64,000 nt of DNA from an uncultured delta proteobacterium. Its GTDB lineage: Bacteria > Desulfobacterota > Desulfobacteria > Desulfobacterales > Desulfosalsimonadaceae. The translations under genes were made by a program, and so were the position numbers. Each line of letters starts with the position of its first letter. Within the stretch, counting starts at the first letter, position 1. Below the pieces are notes generated by a model. That model had not been told where the DNA came from and made no database searches. It was given only the letters and a program-made list of their open reading frames with translations. The stretch spans positions 416,001 through 480,000 of the forward strand of contig CAWGYD010000001.1 of assembly GCA_963826785.1 (NCBI GenBank), in the 5' to 3' direction. Below are positions 10,460 to 20,044 of the stretch, piece after piece.

Positions 10460-11743
10460 ATGAACATCCTGATGCTCAATTTCGGACAAAAAGACCACGG
10501 CACCTGGTACCGGCCGCATGCATGGGCAAGCTACCTGGTCCGGGCCGGGCATGCGGTCACCATCATCTGCGTTTCCGCAAGCGAACGACTCCGGCGCCGC
10601 GTTTACCTGCAAAACGGGATCCGCATTATCGAAACGCCATACTTCATGAGCGGCAAATATGCCATGGATCGGCTCGCAGGCGCTCCCGGGTGGGGTATTC
10701 TGGATATCGCCATGCGGCTGGGAGAGATCAAAAGGCATCGCTACGATGTCATCCATTGTTTCGAGCATTTCATGAATGTGTCCATCCCCGCTTACCGCAC
10801 ACTGGTGAAAAAGCACAATCCGGCCGTTCTGGTATCGGACTGGTGCGATCTGTACAGCGCGGGCGGATTCAGAGATCAATACGGGTACCGGCTCAACCGG
10901 ATCTATTCCAGGGCCGGCCTGCCTCTGCGACGGCTGATGGATTTTCTGGAGCGCGACCTGCGCCGCCGGGCTTCGGCGGTAACGGTGATCAGCCGCTTTT
11001 TACAAGACCGCGCCACGGCGATGGGCGTGGACCCTCAAAAGGTTTTTCTGATCCGGGGCAGCGTGGATACCACGGCGGTGGCGGCCGTGGACCGGTCGGT
11101 CGCCCGGCGGCGGACCGGCCTGGCTATGGAATCATCAGTGCTGGGGTTCCTGGGGACCCACCAGTCGGACGTGGACTTTTCACTGGCCGCATTTCGCCGC
11201 GTGCTCGAGCGCAATCCCGGTGCGGTTTTTGTCATCATCGGGCGCATCAGCCCGGAGATCGACCGCCAAGTGCGCGCTTCTGGGATGGAAAATCGGATTG
11301 TCCAGACCGGATGGTGCTCCCAGGAAGAGATGATCGACTACCTGTCGGCCTCGGATGTCTTTGTCCTGCCCATGAAGCCCAATCCGGTGAACGAGGCCCG
11401 CTGGCCCAACAAGATCGGTGAGTACATGGCCATGGGGCGGCCGGTGGTCACCACCCGGGTCGGGGATGTGGCACAGATGATCGAGGAAGAAGCCATCGGC
11501 CGGGTGTCGGACACCGATCCGGAAGACTTTGCCCGACACATTTCATTTTTGATTGAAAATGAGCCGCTTTCGCTGGCCATGGGGGAAAATGCCCGGAAAC
11601 TGGCGGAGAAAAAATTTGATACCCGCGTCCAGGGCGCATTCGTGGAATCCCTGTATGATTCATTACTGGCGGAGGCGTCGGTCCGAAATCCGGCCGGAAA
11701 ACGGTTCGTGAAGGAAAAAGATAATGAAAAATGGCCCAACTGA
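10460..11743 (+). CDS. Glycosyltransferase family 4
   Basis: SDVFVLP, WPNKIGEYMAMGRPVVTTRVGD. Confidence 0.9.
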   Translation: MNILMLNFGQKDHGTWYRPHAWASYLVRAGHAVTIICVSASERLRRRVYLQNGIRIIETPYFMSGKYAMDRLAGAPGWGILDIAMRLGEIKRHRYDVIHCFEHFMNVSIPAYRTLVKKHNPAVLVSDWCDLYSAGGFRDQYGYRLNRIYSRAGLPLRRLMDFLERDLRRRASAVTVISRFLQDRATAMGVDPQKVFLIRGSVDTTAVAAVDRSVARRRTGLAMESSVLGFLGTHQSDVDFSLAAFRRVLERNPGAVFVIIGRISPEIDRQVRASGMENRIVQTGWCSQEEMIDYLSASDVFVLPMKPNPVNEARWPNKIGEYMAMGRPVVTTRVGDVAQMIEEEAIGRVSDTDPEDFARHISFLIENEPLSLAMGENARKLAEKKFDTRVQGAFVESLYDSLLAEASVRNPAGKRFVKEKDNEKWPN

Positions 11744-12767
11744 TCTGAATGCCCGATCCGGGCCGGACCTGAGCGTGGTCATCCCGACCTACAACCGGGC
11801 GGATTTTCTCAAAGAGACGCTCGCGCATCTGCTTGATCAATCTCTTGATCCGCACCGATTCGAGGTCATTGTGGTGGATGACGGATCAGAAGACGAGACC
11901 CTGGATATGCTTGCCGCATCCGGCCCGCAATGGGAGGAGCGTCTGGTGGTGTTGCGCCAAGACCACAAGTTTTCGGGGGCGGCCCGGAACCTGGGGGTGG
12001 CCCATGCCCGGGGCCGGGTTATCCTTTCCATGGACGACGATATCATGGCCGATGGCGACATGCTCCGGCACCATCTCCGCCTTCATGAAAAATACCCCGG
12101 CCGGAGCACCATGGTGATGGGACGGGTGATCACCGGCAGCCGGAAGATGGACCTTTGCGATCCGGACGACCGCACCGTCACCGCCATATCGAAAACCAAC
12201 CAGGGGGATGACATCCTGGACCCCAGCGCATTCACCACCCAGAATGCGTCCTTCAAGCGCCGGTTTTTTCAGGAATGCGGGGGGTTTACCCCGGGCTTGA
12301 AAAGACTCGATGATCTGGATCTGGCGTTTCGGATGAAAGCCGGATACGTGCGGCTCCTTTACTGCAAAGAGGCCGTGGGCACCCATGTGCGCCCGCTGGA
12401 GACGGTGGATGCGGTCATCGATATGGGAAAACTCTATGGCCGGACCCTTGCGGAAAACTATGATCGGCTCTCCTGGGTAAACCGTGAATTCGTCCGCCTG
12501 GGCGCCCGGTTCAACGGCGGCTGGGCACATTTCGTGGAATCGCCGTCCGGCTACATCAAAGATGCAGTTCGTCGCCTGGCGATCAATCGGCTGACCATTG
12601 GGGTATTGGTATGGGCCACCATGCGGCTGCCCCGCATCAATCCGCCCTCAAGGACCGTGGTCCGCTGCTGCCGTGAAATCTGGGCCTTTTATTATCGTCA
12701 TGAATTTGAACGGACCCGGAAGCGGCTTGCCGGCAAAAATCTTCGATATCAGGCGGAGAATTCTTGA
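11724..12767 (+). CDS. Glycosyltransferase family 2
   Basis: SVVIPTYNR, VVDDGS.D, ARN.G, MDDD, DLDLAFR. Confidence 0.92.
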   Translation: MKNGPTDLNARSGPDLSVVIPTYNRADFLKETLAHLLDQSLDPHRFEVIVVDDGSEDETLDMLAASGPQWEERLVVLRQDHKFSGAARNLGVAHARGRVILSMDDDIMADGDMLRHHLRLHEKYPGRSTMVMGRVITGSRKMDLCDPDDRTVTAISKTNQGDDILDPSAFTTQNASFKRRFFQECGGFTPGLKRLDDLDLAFRMKAGYVRLLYCKEAVGTHVRPLETVDAVIDMGKLYGRTLAENYDRLSWVNREFVRLGARFNGGWAHFVESPSGYIKDAVRRLAINRLTIGVLVWATMRLPRINPPSRTVVRCCREIWAFYYRHEFERTRKRLAGKNLRYQAENS

Positions 12768-13814
12768 ATGGAAAATTTGCGCCAAAAAATTATTTTCATC
12801 TCCTGGAAAACGGGAATCCCCAGATCTGCGGGGCTGTCTGACGCCCTCGGTGCAACCCCTTATTATATTGAATACCTGCCCAATGCGCCAAAAGCCCTGC
12901 TCCCCTTGCGGTACCTGCTTCAGGCGGGAAAAACGATATCCATCATCATGGGGCAACGCCCGGACATCATTTTTGCCATGAATCCCCCCATCATATTGCC
13001 GCTGGTGGCCTACCTGGTCTCTGTATTTACGGGGGCGAAGCTCGTGATCGATTCCCATACCGGCGCGTTTATCGGCAAATGGGCGGCCTTTCTGCCCCTT
13101 CACCGGTTTTTGTCCAGGCGATCCCTCATGACCGTCGTGACCAATGACCATCTGAAACAGATTGTGGACGGCTGGGGAGCCAACGGGATCATTATGGAGG
13201 ATCGTCTGCCCGAACTCGGATGGGAAAAACCGCCTGTGATCACCCGCAGGCCGTCGGTCTGCGTGATCAATTCCTTTTCCAAAGACGAACCGCTGGGTGA
13301 AATCCTGTCGGCCGCCCGGAATCTTCCGGCATGTGATTTCTACATCACGGGCCGTCTTCCGGCCCGGACCACCCCTTTGTTTGAAAAAAAGACCCAGAAC
13401 GTGATCTTTACCGATTACATCCCCGATGCGGAATATGTGCGCCTGATCCGTTCCGTGGATGTGATCATGGTGCTGGTCAATACGGATCACACCATGCTGT
13501 GCGGGGCGTATGAAGCGGTGGCCGTGGAAAAGCCGCTGATCACCTCCGACTGGCCGGTGCTCCGGGAGTATTTTTCAAAGGGGACCCTTTATGTGGATAA
13601 CCGGCCGGTTCAGATCGAGCGCGCCATAGGGCAGGCCCTGAAACGAAAGCACAAGTTGTCCGCAGAGATGAAGGACCTCAAAGCCCTGATCCGGTCCCGC
13701 TGGGAAGCGCGATTCGCGGCCCTCACGTCCGCCCTGGGACAACCGTCGGGCCGCCGGTCAGCGACCCCGGCGACTTCCACCGGCCCCGCGTCCCGGCGGC
13801 TTTTTCCGTCATGA
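12768..13814 (+). CDS. Glycosyltransferase (GT-B, family 4-like)
   Basis: NPP, IDSH, DEP, GAYEAVAVEKPLITSD. Confidence 0.8.
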   Translation: MENLRQKIIFISWKTGIPRSAGLSDALGATPYYIEYLPNAPKALLPLRYLLQAGKTISIIMGQRPDIIFAMNPPIILPLVAYLVSVFTGAKLVIDSHTGAFIGKWAAFLPLHRFLSRRSLMTVVTNDHLKQIVDGWGANGIIMEDRLPELGWEKPPVITRRPSVCVINSFSKDEPLGEILSAARNLPACDFYITGRLPARTTPLFEKKTQNVIFTDYIPDAEYVRLIRSVDVIMVLVNTDHTMLCGAYEAVAVEKPLITSDWPVLREYFSKGTLYVDNRPVQIERAIGQALKRKHKLSAEMKDLKALIRSRWEARFAALTSALGQPSGRRSATPATSTGPASRRLFPS

Positions 13815-13824
13815 GGCGGGCGAC

Positions 13825-15657
13825 ATGAGAGCGGCCATCAAAACCCGGGTAAACGCATCCGGCCCCATATCCTCCCCGATTTTCATCCCCGATATTGAGA
13901 CCTCCCATCAGGTGTTTTCAGCCCTGGCCGATCAAGGATTTCCGCTTCAGACTGGAAAAAAAGGAGAAATTGCGCATCCAGGTGATTATCCCGTGGCCGT
14001 GGTGGACGGCCAGAGCGCTGCGGGAAGGGATGACTGGCTGGCATATGCGGCCGGCGGCGGCAGCCTGATGATGATCCACCCGCACGCTTCATGGGCGCAG
14101 GCCATTGGATTTTCAGGTCATATGCAAAGCATGGACAAAGCATGCCTGCGTTTTTCAAAAAGCCTGAACGATCCGATCGAGATACGCGGAAAGATCGACA
14201 CCTGGGGGAATGGGCCGGGAAATATCCTGGCAGGATTCACCACCGCATCACATGGGGGGCAGGGGCCTTTGTTGCCGGGCATTGTGGAGTTGCCTTTTGG
14301 AGAAGGCAGCATCCTGGTGCTCCTGTTTTCGCTTGACGGATACATCTGCTTCCTCCATCAGCGCAACCATGAAATCGCCATCGAGGCGGGGGTCGGCAGC
14401 GCGGAGCGGATTGCGATCTCTGGAATGGACCCGGCCTTCCTGCGCCTCCCCCAGATCGACCTGCTGATGGGTTTCTTGAGCGGATGGATCTGCCGTCAAC
14501 TGGATCGCGCCGACCGGCCCCTTCCCATGTTTGCGCCCCTGCCGGGAGGGCGCCGAAGCATGGTGACCTTCAGCTTCGATGATGTGGCCCCCAGCGGAAA
14601 ACCCGTGAGAGGTGCCCTTGAACGGCTGCGCCGGGCCGAACCGAAGGCTGTGGGCCGCCCGGCACTCGCCCGGAAGATTTTCGATGTGAAAGCGGTGGGG
14701 CGGCAGCTGGTTGGCTATCCGTTCAATTACAGGGAGCAGGCGCAGAAGCTGGTCTCTTTATTTAATCGATATGATGCCTCGGGAAGCGTTTACGTGCTGC
14801 CGTTTGCCGCATGTATACAGAACCGTCCCCGGATAACCGGTTTTTCGGGATTTTCGAAAAAGACCTTTGACCTGTTGATCGAAAACGGCTGGGATGTGGG
14901 AACGCATCTCAAACCGGGTCAGCTGTCGGATTACACAGCCATGCACCGGGCTTTTTGCGGTCGTTTCAGGGTCTCGCCCCGCGGGCACCGGGGCCATGAA
15001 CTGGGGTGGGTCGGCTGGGATGAGGATTTTTCGGAACTGGCGGACATGGGATATGCCTACGACACCACATGGAACTGGGGCGGCCACGGCGGGCTTGCCT
15101 GGGTGCTGGGAACGGCATATCCCTTCCATCCCCGGGACCGCCGGGGAAAGTCTTTATCCATTCTTGAAATGCCGGTAACCGCCTGGCTGGAAGATCTTTT
15201 TCAGGATGCCGACAGTAGCCTGAGGGCCATTGAACAGGCCATGGACCGGTATCCCGGCATATACCATTTCGGCGGCCACAGCAGCCTGATGGTGACCTCG
15301 TCGGCGTATGCCGGGCTGGTGGAGGACATCCTGTCCATGGCCACCCGGCGGCCGGATGCGGGAATTGACAAAAACGTCGGTCAACTGGCCGATTTCTGGA
15401 TGAAGCGGGAGCGCTCCGGCATCGACCGGTTGTTCTGGGATTTCAATTCAGCCTCGATTTCCTGCCGGGTGGAAAGTTTTTGCGATGACGGTCAATTAAA
15501 CCTGTACCTGCCCCGGAAATGGCGGGATCTGGTCCTCCGATCCGTTCTCATCGATCATAAAGCGGTCGTTTTTTCGGATACACCCACCGGCGCTGCCGTT
15601 ATTCCACTGGCAAAAGGCCTTCAGGAGATGACGGCCTTTTTCGGAGATATATCATGA
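13825..15657 (+). CDS. Large polysaccharide deacetylase-like protein
   Basis: TFSFDD, WDVGTH, GHRGHEL, YDTT, GTAYPF, ILEMP, HFGGH. N-terminal third unassigned. Confidence 0.6.
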   Translation: MRAAIKTRVNASGPISSPIFIPDIETSHQVFSALADQGFPLQTGKKGEIAHPGDYPVAVVDGQSAAGRDDWLAYAAGGGSLMMIHPHASWAQAIGFSGHMQSMDKACLRFSKSLNDPIEIRGKIDTWGNGPGNILAGFTTASHGGQGPLLPGIVELPFGEGSILVLLFSLDGYICFLHQRNHEIAIEAGVGSAERIAISGMDPAFLRLPQIDLLMGFLSGWICRQLDRADRPLPMFAPLPGGRRSMVTFSFDDVAPSGKPVRGALERLRRAEPKAVGRPALARKIFDVKAVGRQLVGYPFNYREQAQKLVSLFNRYDASGSVYVLPFAACIQNRPRITGFSGFSKKTFDLLIENGWDVGTHLKPGQLSDYTAMHRAFCGRFRVSPRGHRGHELGWVGWDEDFSELADMGYAYDTTWNWGGHGGLAWVLGTAYPFHPRDRRGKSLSILEMPVTAWLEDLFQDADSSLRAIEQAMDRYPGIYHFGGHSSLMVTSSAYAGLVEDILSMATRRPDAGIDKNVGQLADFWMKRERSGIDRLFWDFNSASISCRVESFCDDGQLNLYLPRKWRDLVLRSVLIDHKAVVFSDTPTGAAVIPLAKGLQEMTAFFGDIS

Positions 15658-16472
15658 GAAACCATGCTGAAGAAAGCGTGTCAACATTTTACAATACAAA
15701 GGGATGGAAAACTGAAGGGGAAATTACTGAAGATGCCAAAAAATGGGAGGACTTGAGGGCGCACGCCCGGGCATATGTCAGCCGGTGCCGCTTAAGGATC
15801 TTGAGGCACATACCCGAAAACGGCATGAATATCCTGGACATGGCCTCCGGACCGATACAGTATAGAGAGTACCTGGCATTTTCAGAAAATTTCGAGAAGC
15901 GCTACTGCATCGATTTGTCATCGGATGCGTTAAGGCAGGCCGGAATGAAAATCGGGGCGCATGGCGTTTTTCTGCATGGCAGCTTCTTTGATATCGGCCT
16001 GGAGGAGAATTTTTTTGATTGTGCCGTCAGCCTTCACACCATCTATCATATGGACAAGGAAAGGCAGGAAGGGGCCGTACGCAAATTGCTCCATGTCACC
16101 AAGCCGGGAAAACCGGTCATCATTGTATACAGCAATCCCAATTCGATAATTCTGGCCGCAGAATCGTTTTTACGATTATTCAAAAGAGCGGCACCGTCTT
16201 TGAACAAGCAGAAGAACGAAGGAGAAAATGGGCAAAATCCGATTCTGTATTACCATGCGCACCCGATCTCATGGTGGCGCCGATTCAGCGACAGCGCGAG
16301 TGTGAAAATTCTGCCCTGGCGCTCATTTGATGCAGATACGCAAAAAAAGATTATACCGGATAACCGGACCGGCAGAAAAATGCTGGACATCCTGTTTGAC
16401 CTGGAAGACCGGTTCCCGAATTTTTTCGTCCGATTTTTTCAATATCCCATGATTATTCTTACAAAAAAGTAA
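15654..16472 (+). CDS. Class I SAM-dependent methyltransferase
   Basis: ILDMASG, CIDLS, FDCAVSLHTIYH, TKPG. Start overlaps the upstream stop (ATGA). Confidence 0.85.
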   Translation: MRNHAEESVSTFYNTKGWKTEGEITEDAKKWEDLRAHARAYVSRCRLRILRHIPENGMNILDMASGPIQYREYLAFSENFEKRYCIDLSSDALRQAGMKIGAHGVFLHGSFFDIGLEENFFDCAVSLHTIYHMDKERQEGAVRKLLHVTKPGKPVIIVYSNPNSIILAAESFLRLFKRAAPSLNKQKNEGENGQNPILYYHAHPISWWRRFSDSASVKILPWRSFDADTQKKIIPDNRTGRKMLDILFDLEDRFPNFFVRFFQYPMIILTKK

Positions 16473-16556
16473 GGGGTTCTCATCATCTAACAGATCCGCT
16501 GCACGTGCGCGCGGGGTCAGGGGGGCACCCATCTGCCCCCTGGCTTATACCCTTAC

Positions 16557-16600
16557 AAAAAAACCGGCGCCGGACTCATGAGTCCGGCGCCGGTTTTTTT
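16557..16600. terminator. Bidirectional intrinsic terminator (perfect 44-bp palindrome)
   Basis: A7-CCGGCGCCGGACTCA|TGAGTCCGGCGCCGG-T7 between convergent genes. Confidence 0.88.
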
Positions 16601-16618
16601 TGCTCCTACTTCGATCTT

Positions 16619-19600
16619 TTATTGAACAATGCGCAATCCCGTCGGGGGCGGCAGGGGCGGTTCATTGCATTCGTATGCGCCGATATCCGGGCTGCTGCCG
16701 TTAAACGGGAGGCCGACATTGATCCCCGCGTCCACCAGGTTGGCGGATCCTCCGGTGGGCTGGTAATACGGATCCGGTCGGACGCCCGATTTCATCAGGT
16801 CCGGATTGAGGCTGATGATGTTGCTCTGGGTGATCGCGCCGGCCCAGTCCATGACCCATGTGCCATTGTTGAAGTTGATGTTGTAGCTGAGAGTGACCGG
16901 ACCCATTCCCGAGCCGTTGGTGACCACGGCCTTGTCGGTATGGTTGACGAAGACGTTGTTCATGATGCGGACGCTTCCCAGTCTTCCGCCGTTCTTGCCC
17001 AGGTTGATCCCCTGCTTGTTGCCGTCGAAAACGTTGTTGTAGATACTGACATTGTCGACGGCCGTATTGATGTTGTTGGCGCTGACATGCACGCCGCCGT
17101 AGCTTCCGGCATTGGTGATCCGGTCGAAAATGTTGTTGCGGACCATGATATTTTTTACCCCGTCATCACCGCTCCTGTTGGCTCCCGAAGTCGCGCCCCA
17201 GATGGCGATGCCGTATTCCCAGGCGGAGCCGGAAAAATAATTGCCGTACACCTGCGCCCCCTGGACATCGGACATGATCTCCAGGGCGGGGGCGGGGGCA
17301 GTGGGCGTATATGACGCCTCAAAACGGTTGTTGTAGATTTCGTAGTTGACCGTCTGCCCCGTGCTGAGGCCATGGCTGCTGCCCCGGAGGGAAAACCATG
17401 AATCGGTGGTGTTGCTGTAGAATTTGCAGCCGTCCCTGTTTTCCCACATCTCGATGCCGATGACCGACCAGCCCTGGTCCCCCACCCGGATCACATTGTC
17501 GTAAACCTCGCAGGACTTGAACCAGAACGCGGTATGCCCGATGGCGGACCGCTTGGCGCCGTATGTGCCGTTGTTGTTGAAGGTGTTGCCGTGGATCTTG
17601 GCTCCTGAGAGCACGCCGGGATAGAGTTTGCAGTCATTAAAGGTATTGCTGTAAATATCGACCCCGGTGGCCCAGTCCGTGGAAGCGGGATCTACGCTGT
17701 ATACGGGGTTGTTATAGGCCCATGAGCAGGTGGCGGTGGTGGATGCGGTGCAGTCGTCCCGCCAGAATCCGCCATTGCTGTCGTCGTACCCGTATTTTCC
17801 ATAAACGGCCACCCCGTTTCCGGTGAAGTTGGCAAAGGTGCAGTTATGGATCTTCTGGTTGCTTCTTCCCCGGGAAAGAATGGCCATTCCGGACCGGTCC
17901 TGGCCGTTTAAGGTGATGCCGGAAATCTCATTGCCTCCGTTTACCGCCGGTACATTGCTGGCGGCGAGAATATAGGGGCTGGCACTGGTATTGATGGTGA
18001 CCTGGCCCGCTCCGGCGCCTTCGATGGATACCCCCCTCGCCAGCACGCACGGGGTGTTGTCCGTGTAGGTTCCCGCGTTCACATGAATTTTCACCCCGGA
18101 TTTCTTGACCAGGGAGCAGGCCCTGGACAGGGTGGCAAAGGGAGTGGCCGATGCGCCGTTTCCAGTGCTGTCGCTCCCCTTGATATCCACGTAATAGACC
18201 GCCAGATCGGGAATCGGCTGGGGGGTCGGATCCGGCGTGGGGTCGGGATTCGGAACCGGCGGGGCCTGGCCGTATTCATAAGCACCGATGTCGGGCCGTG
18301 CCCCCGCATAGGAAAGCCCCACGCTGGTTCCCGCGTCCACCACGTTGGCGGAAGCACCTGAGGCCAGATAGTAGGGATCCGGTCGGCTGCCCGATTTCTG
18401 AAGGTTCGGACTGGCGTTGATGGTGTTGCTCTGGGAAATCGCGCCGGCCCAGTCCCCCAGCCACAGGTTGTTGCCGGAATTGAAGTTATAGCTGACGTTA
18501 ATGGGCCCCATGCCCGAACCGTTGGTAACGATGGCCTTGTCCGTCTGGTTCATGAAGATGTTGTTCTTGATGTTGACGGTTTCCAGCCGGCCGCTTTCCT
18601 TGCCCATATTGACGCCCTGCTTGTTTCCGTCGAAAACATTGTTGTAGATGTCAATATTTCTCACCACGGTAACGGAAAAATTGGCATCCAGGTGGACACC
18701 CCCCAAACTGCCGGAGCCGGTGAGGCGGTCAAATACGTTGTTTCTGACCACGATATTTTCCAGGATGTCGCTGGTGCTCTTATTGGCGCCGGAAGTCGCG
18801 CCCCAGATGGCGATGCCGCTCTCCCAGGCGGAGCCGGAAAAATAATTGCCGTACACCTGCGCCCCCTGGATATCGGACATGATCTCAATGGCCGGGCAGG
18901 GGGTGGTGGGACCATAAGCGGCGATGAACCGGTTGTTGTAGATTTCGTAATTGAGGCTGTGGCCGGAACTCAGCCCGTGGGTGCTGCCCCGCAGGGAAAA
19001 CCAGGAATCGGTGGTGTTGTTGTAAAACTTGCTGGAGTCCTTGATCTCCCACATCTCGATGCCGATGACGGACCAGCCCTGGTTGCCCACCCGGATGATG
19101 TTGTCGTGAATCTCGACAGATTTATACCAGAATGCGGTATGGCCGATGGCGGAACGTTTGCCGCCGTAAGTTCCGTCATTGTTGAAGGTATTGCCGTAAA
19201 TCTTTGCTCCCGAAAGCACGTTGGGAAACAGTTTGCAGTCGTTGAACAGGTTGTTGTAGACCAGAACCCCGGTGGCCCAGTCGGTGGATGCCGGGTCCAC
19301 GCTGTACAGGGGGTTGTTGTAAGCCCAGGAACAGGTCTCGCGGGTACCGGAGGTGCAGTCATCCCGCCAGAAGCCGCCGTTGTTGTCGGTCCATCCGTAT
19401 TTTCCGTAAATGGCCACGCCGTTTCCGGTAAAATTGGCGAAGACGCAGTCGTGGAATTTCTGGTTGCTTCTCCCCCGGGACAGTATGGCCATTCCGGTCC
19501 GGTCCCCGCCCTCGAACTTGATACCGGAAATCTCATTGCTGCCGTCCACCACAGGGACATTGTTGGCCGCAATGATATAGGGGCTGGCACTGGTATTGAT

Positions 19601-19891
19601 GGTCACCTGGCTGGCGCCGGCGCCCTGGATGGAGACCCCCCTTGCCAGGACACACTGACCATTATCCGTATAGTTGCCGGCATTTACGATGATTCTGTCC
19701 CCGAAGCTGCCGGCGGTGGAACAGGCGCGGGAGAGGGTCCGCCAGGGGCTCGACTGGGACCCGCTGCCGCTGTCATTGCCGTTTGCGGCCACATAATAGG
19801 TGGCCGCAGAAACCGAAAGGGGCAGGATAAAACAACAGATGATGAAATATATGGCGATACGCGATTTTTTGAATGTCATTGCCTTGTTCAT
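16619..19891 (-). CDS. Secreted right-handed beta-helix (pectin-lyase-like, DUF1565-type N-cap) protein with two tandem ~510-aa modules
   Basis: SD AGGAGA before ATG 19891. Signal peptide ...VSA|ATYYV. YYV..G.D...G....P..TL..A cap, Asn-rich PbH1-like repeats, each module ends in PDIGAYE. PT-rich linker. Confidence 0.8.
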   Translation of the reverse strand: MNKAMTFKKSRIAIYFIICCFILPLSVSAATYYVAANGNDSGSGSQSSPWRTLSRACSTAGSFGDRIIVNAGNYTDNGQCVLARGVSIQGAGASQVTINTSASPYIIAANNVPVVDGSNEISGIKFEGGDRTGMAILSRGRSNQKFHDCVFANFTGNGVAIYGKYGWTDNNGGFWRDDCTSGTRETCSWAYNNPLYSVDPASTDWATGVLVYNNLFNDCKLFPNVLSGAKIYGNTFNNDGTYGGKRSAIGHTAFWYKSVEIHDNIIRVGNQGWSVIGIEMWEIKDSSKFYNNTTDSWFSLRGSTHGLSSGHSLNYEIYNNRFIAAYGPTTPCPAIEIMSDIQGAQVYGNYFSGSAWESGIAIWGATSGANKSTSDILENIVVRNNVFDRLTGSGSLGGVHLDANFSVTVVRNIDIYNNVFDGNKQGVNMGKESGRLETVNIKNNIFMNQTDKAIVTNGSGMGPINVSYNFNSGNNLWLGDWAGAISQSNTINASPNLQKSGSRPDPYYLASGASANVVDAGTSVGLSYAGARPDIGAYEYGQAPPVPNPDPTPDPTPQPIPDLAVYYVDIKGSDSTGNGASATPFATLSRACSLVKKSGVKIHVNAGTYTDNTPCVLARGVSIEGAGAGQVTINTSASPYILAASNVPAVNGGNEISGITLNGQDRSGMAILSRGRSNQKIHNCTFANFTGNGVAVYGKYGYDDSNGGFWRDDCTASTTATCSWAYNNPVYSVDPASTDWATGVDIYSNTFNDCKLYPGVLSGAKIHGNTFNNNGTYGAKRSAIGHTAFWFKSCEVYDNVIRVGDQGWSVIGIEMWENRDGCKFYSNTTDSWFSLRGSSHGLSTGQTVNYEIYNNRFEASYTPTAPAPALEIMSDVQGAQVYGNYFSGSAWEYGIAIWGATSGANRSGDDGVKNIMVRNNIFDRITNAGSYGGVHVSANNINTAVDNVSIYNNVFDGNKQGINLGKNGGRLGSVRIMNNVFVNHTDKAVVTNGSGMGPVTLSYNINFNNGTWVMDWAGAITQSNIISLNPDLMKSGVRPDPYYQPTGGSANLVDAGINVGLPFNGSSPDIGAYECNEPPLPPPTGLRIVQ
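16667..19804 (-). repeat. Intragenic tandem duplication: copy 1 at 19804-18272, copy 2 at 18202-16667
   Basis: Near-identical blocks occur twice, e.g. QVTINTSASPYI, GGFWRDDCT, YSVDPASTDWATGV, KRSAIGHTAFW, QGWSVIGIEMWE, QGAQVYGNYFSGSAWE.GIAIWGATSGAN. Confidence 0.95.
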
Positions 19892-19991
19892 TATGTCTCC
19901 TGAATTCTTCGGCGCCAAATGGCCGATGACCATTTTTCGCCTGCATGTGCATTTTCAAAAGTATAGGATAATTTAAGTATTTATCAATCAG

Positions 19992-20036
19992 CCCGGCCGT
20001 GTCCGAAACATCATCGCCGTTTCGGACACGGCCGGG
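19992..20036. other. 18-bp perfect stem-loop between the two surface-protein genes
   Basis: CCCGGCCGTGTCCGAAAC-N9-GTTTCGGACACGGCCGGG. No strong U-tract on the minus strand. Confidence 0.7.
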
Positions 20037-20044
20037 GCGGCCGG

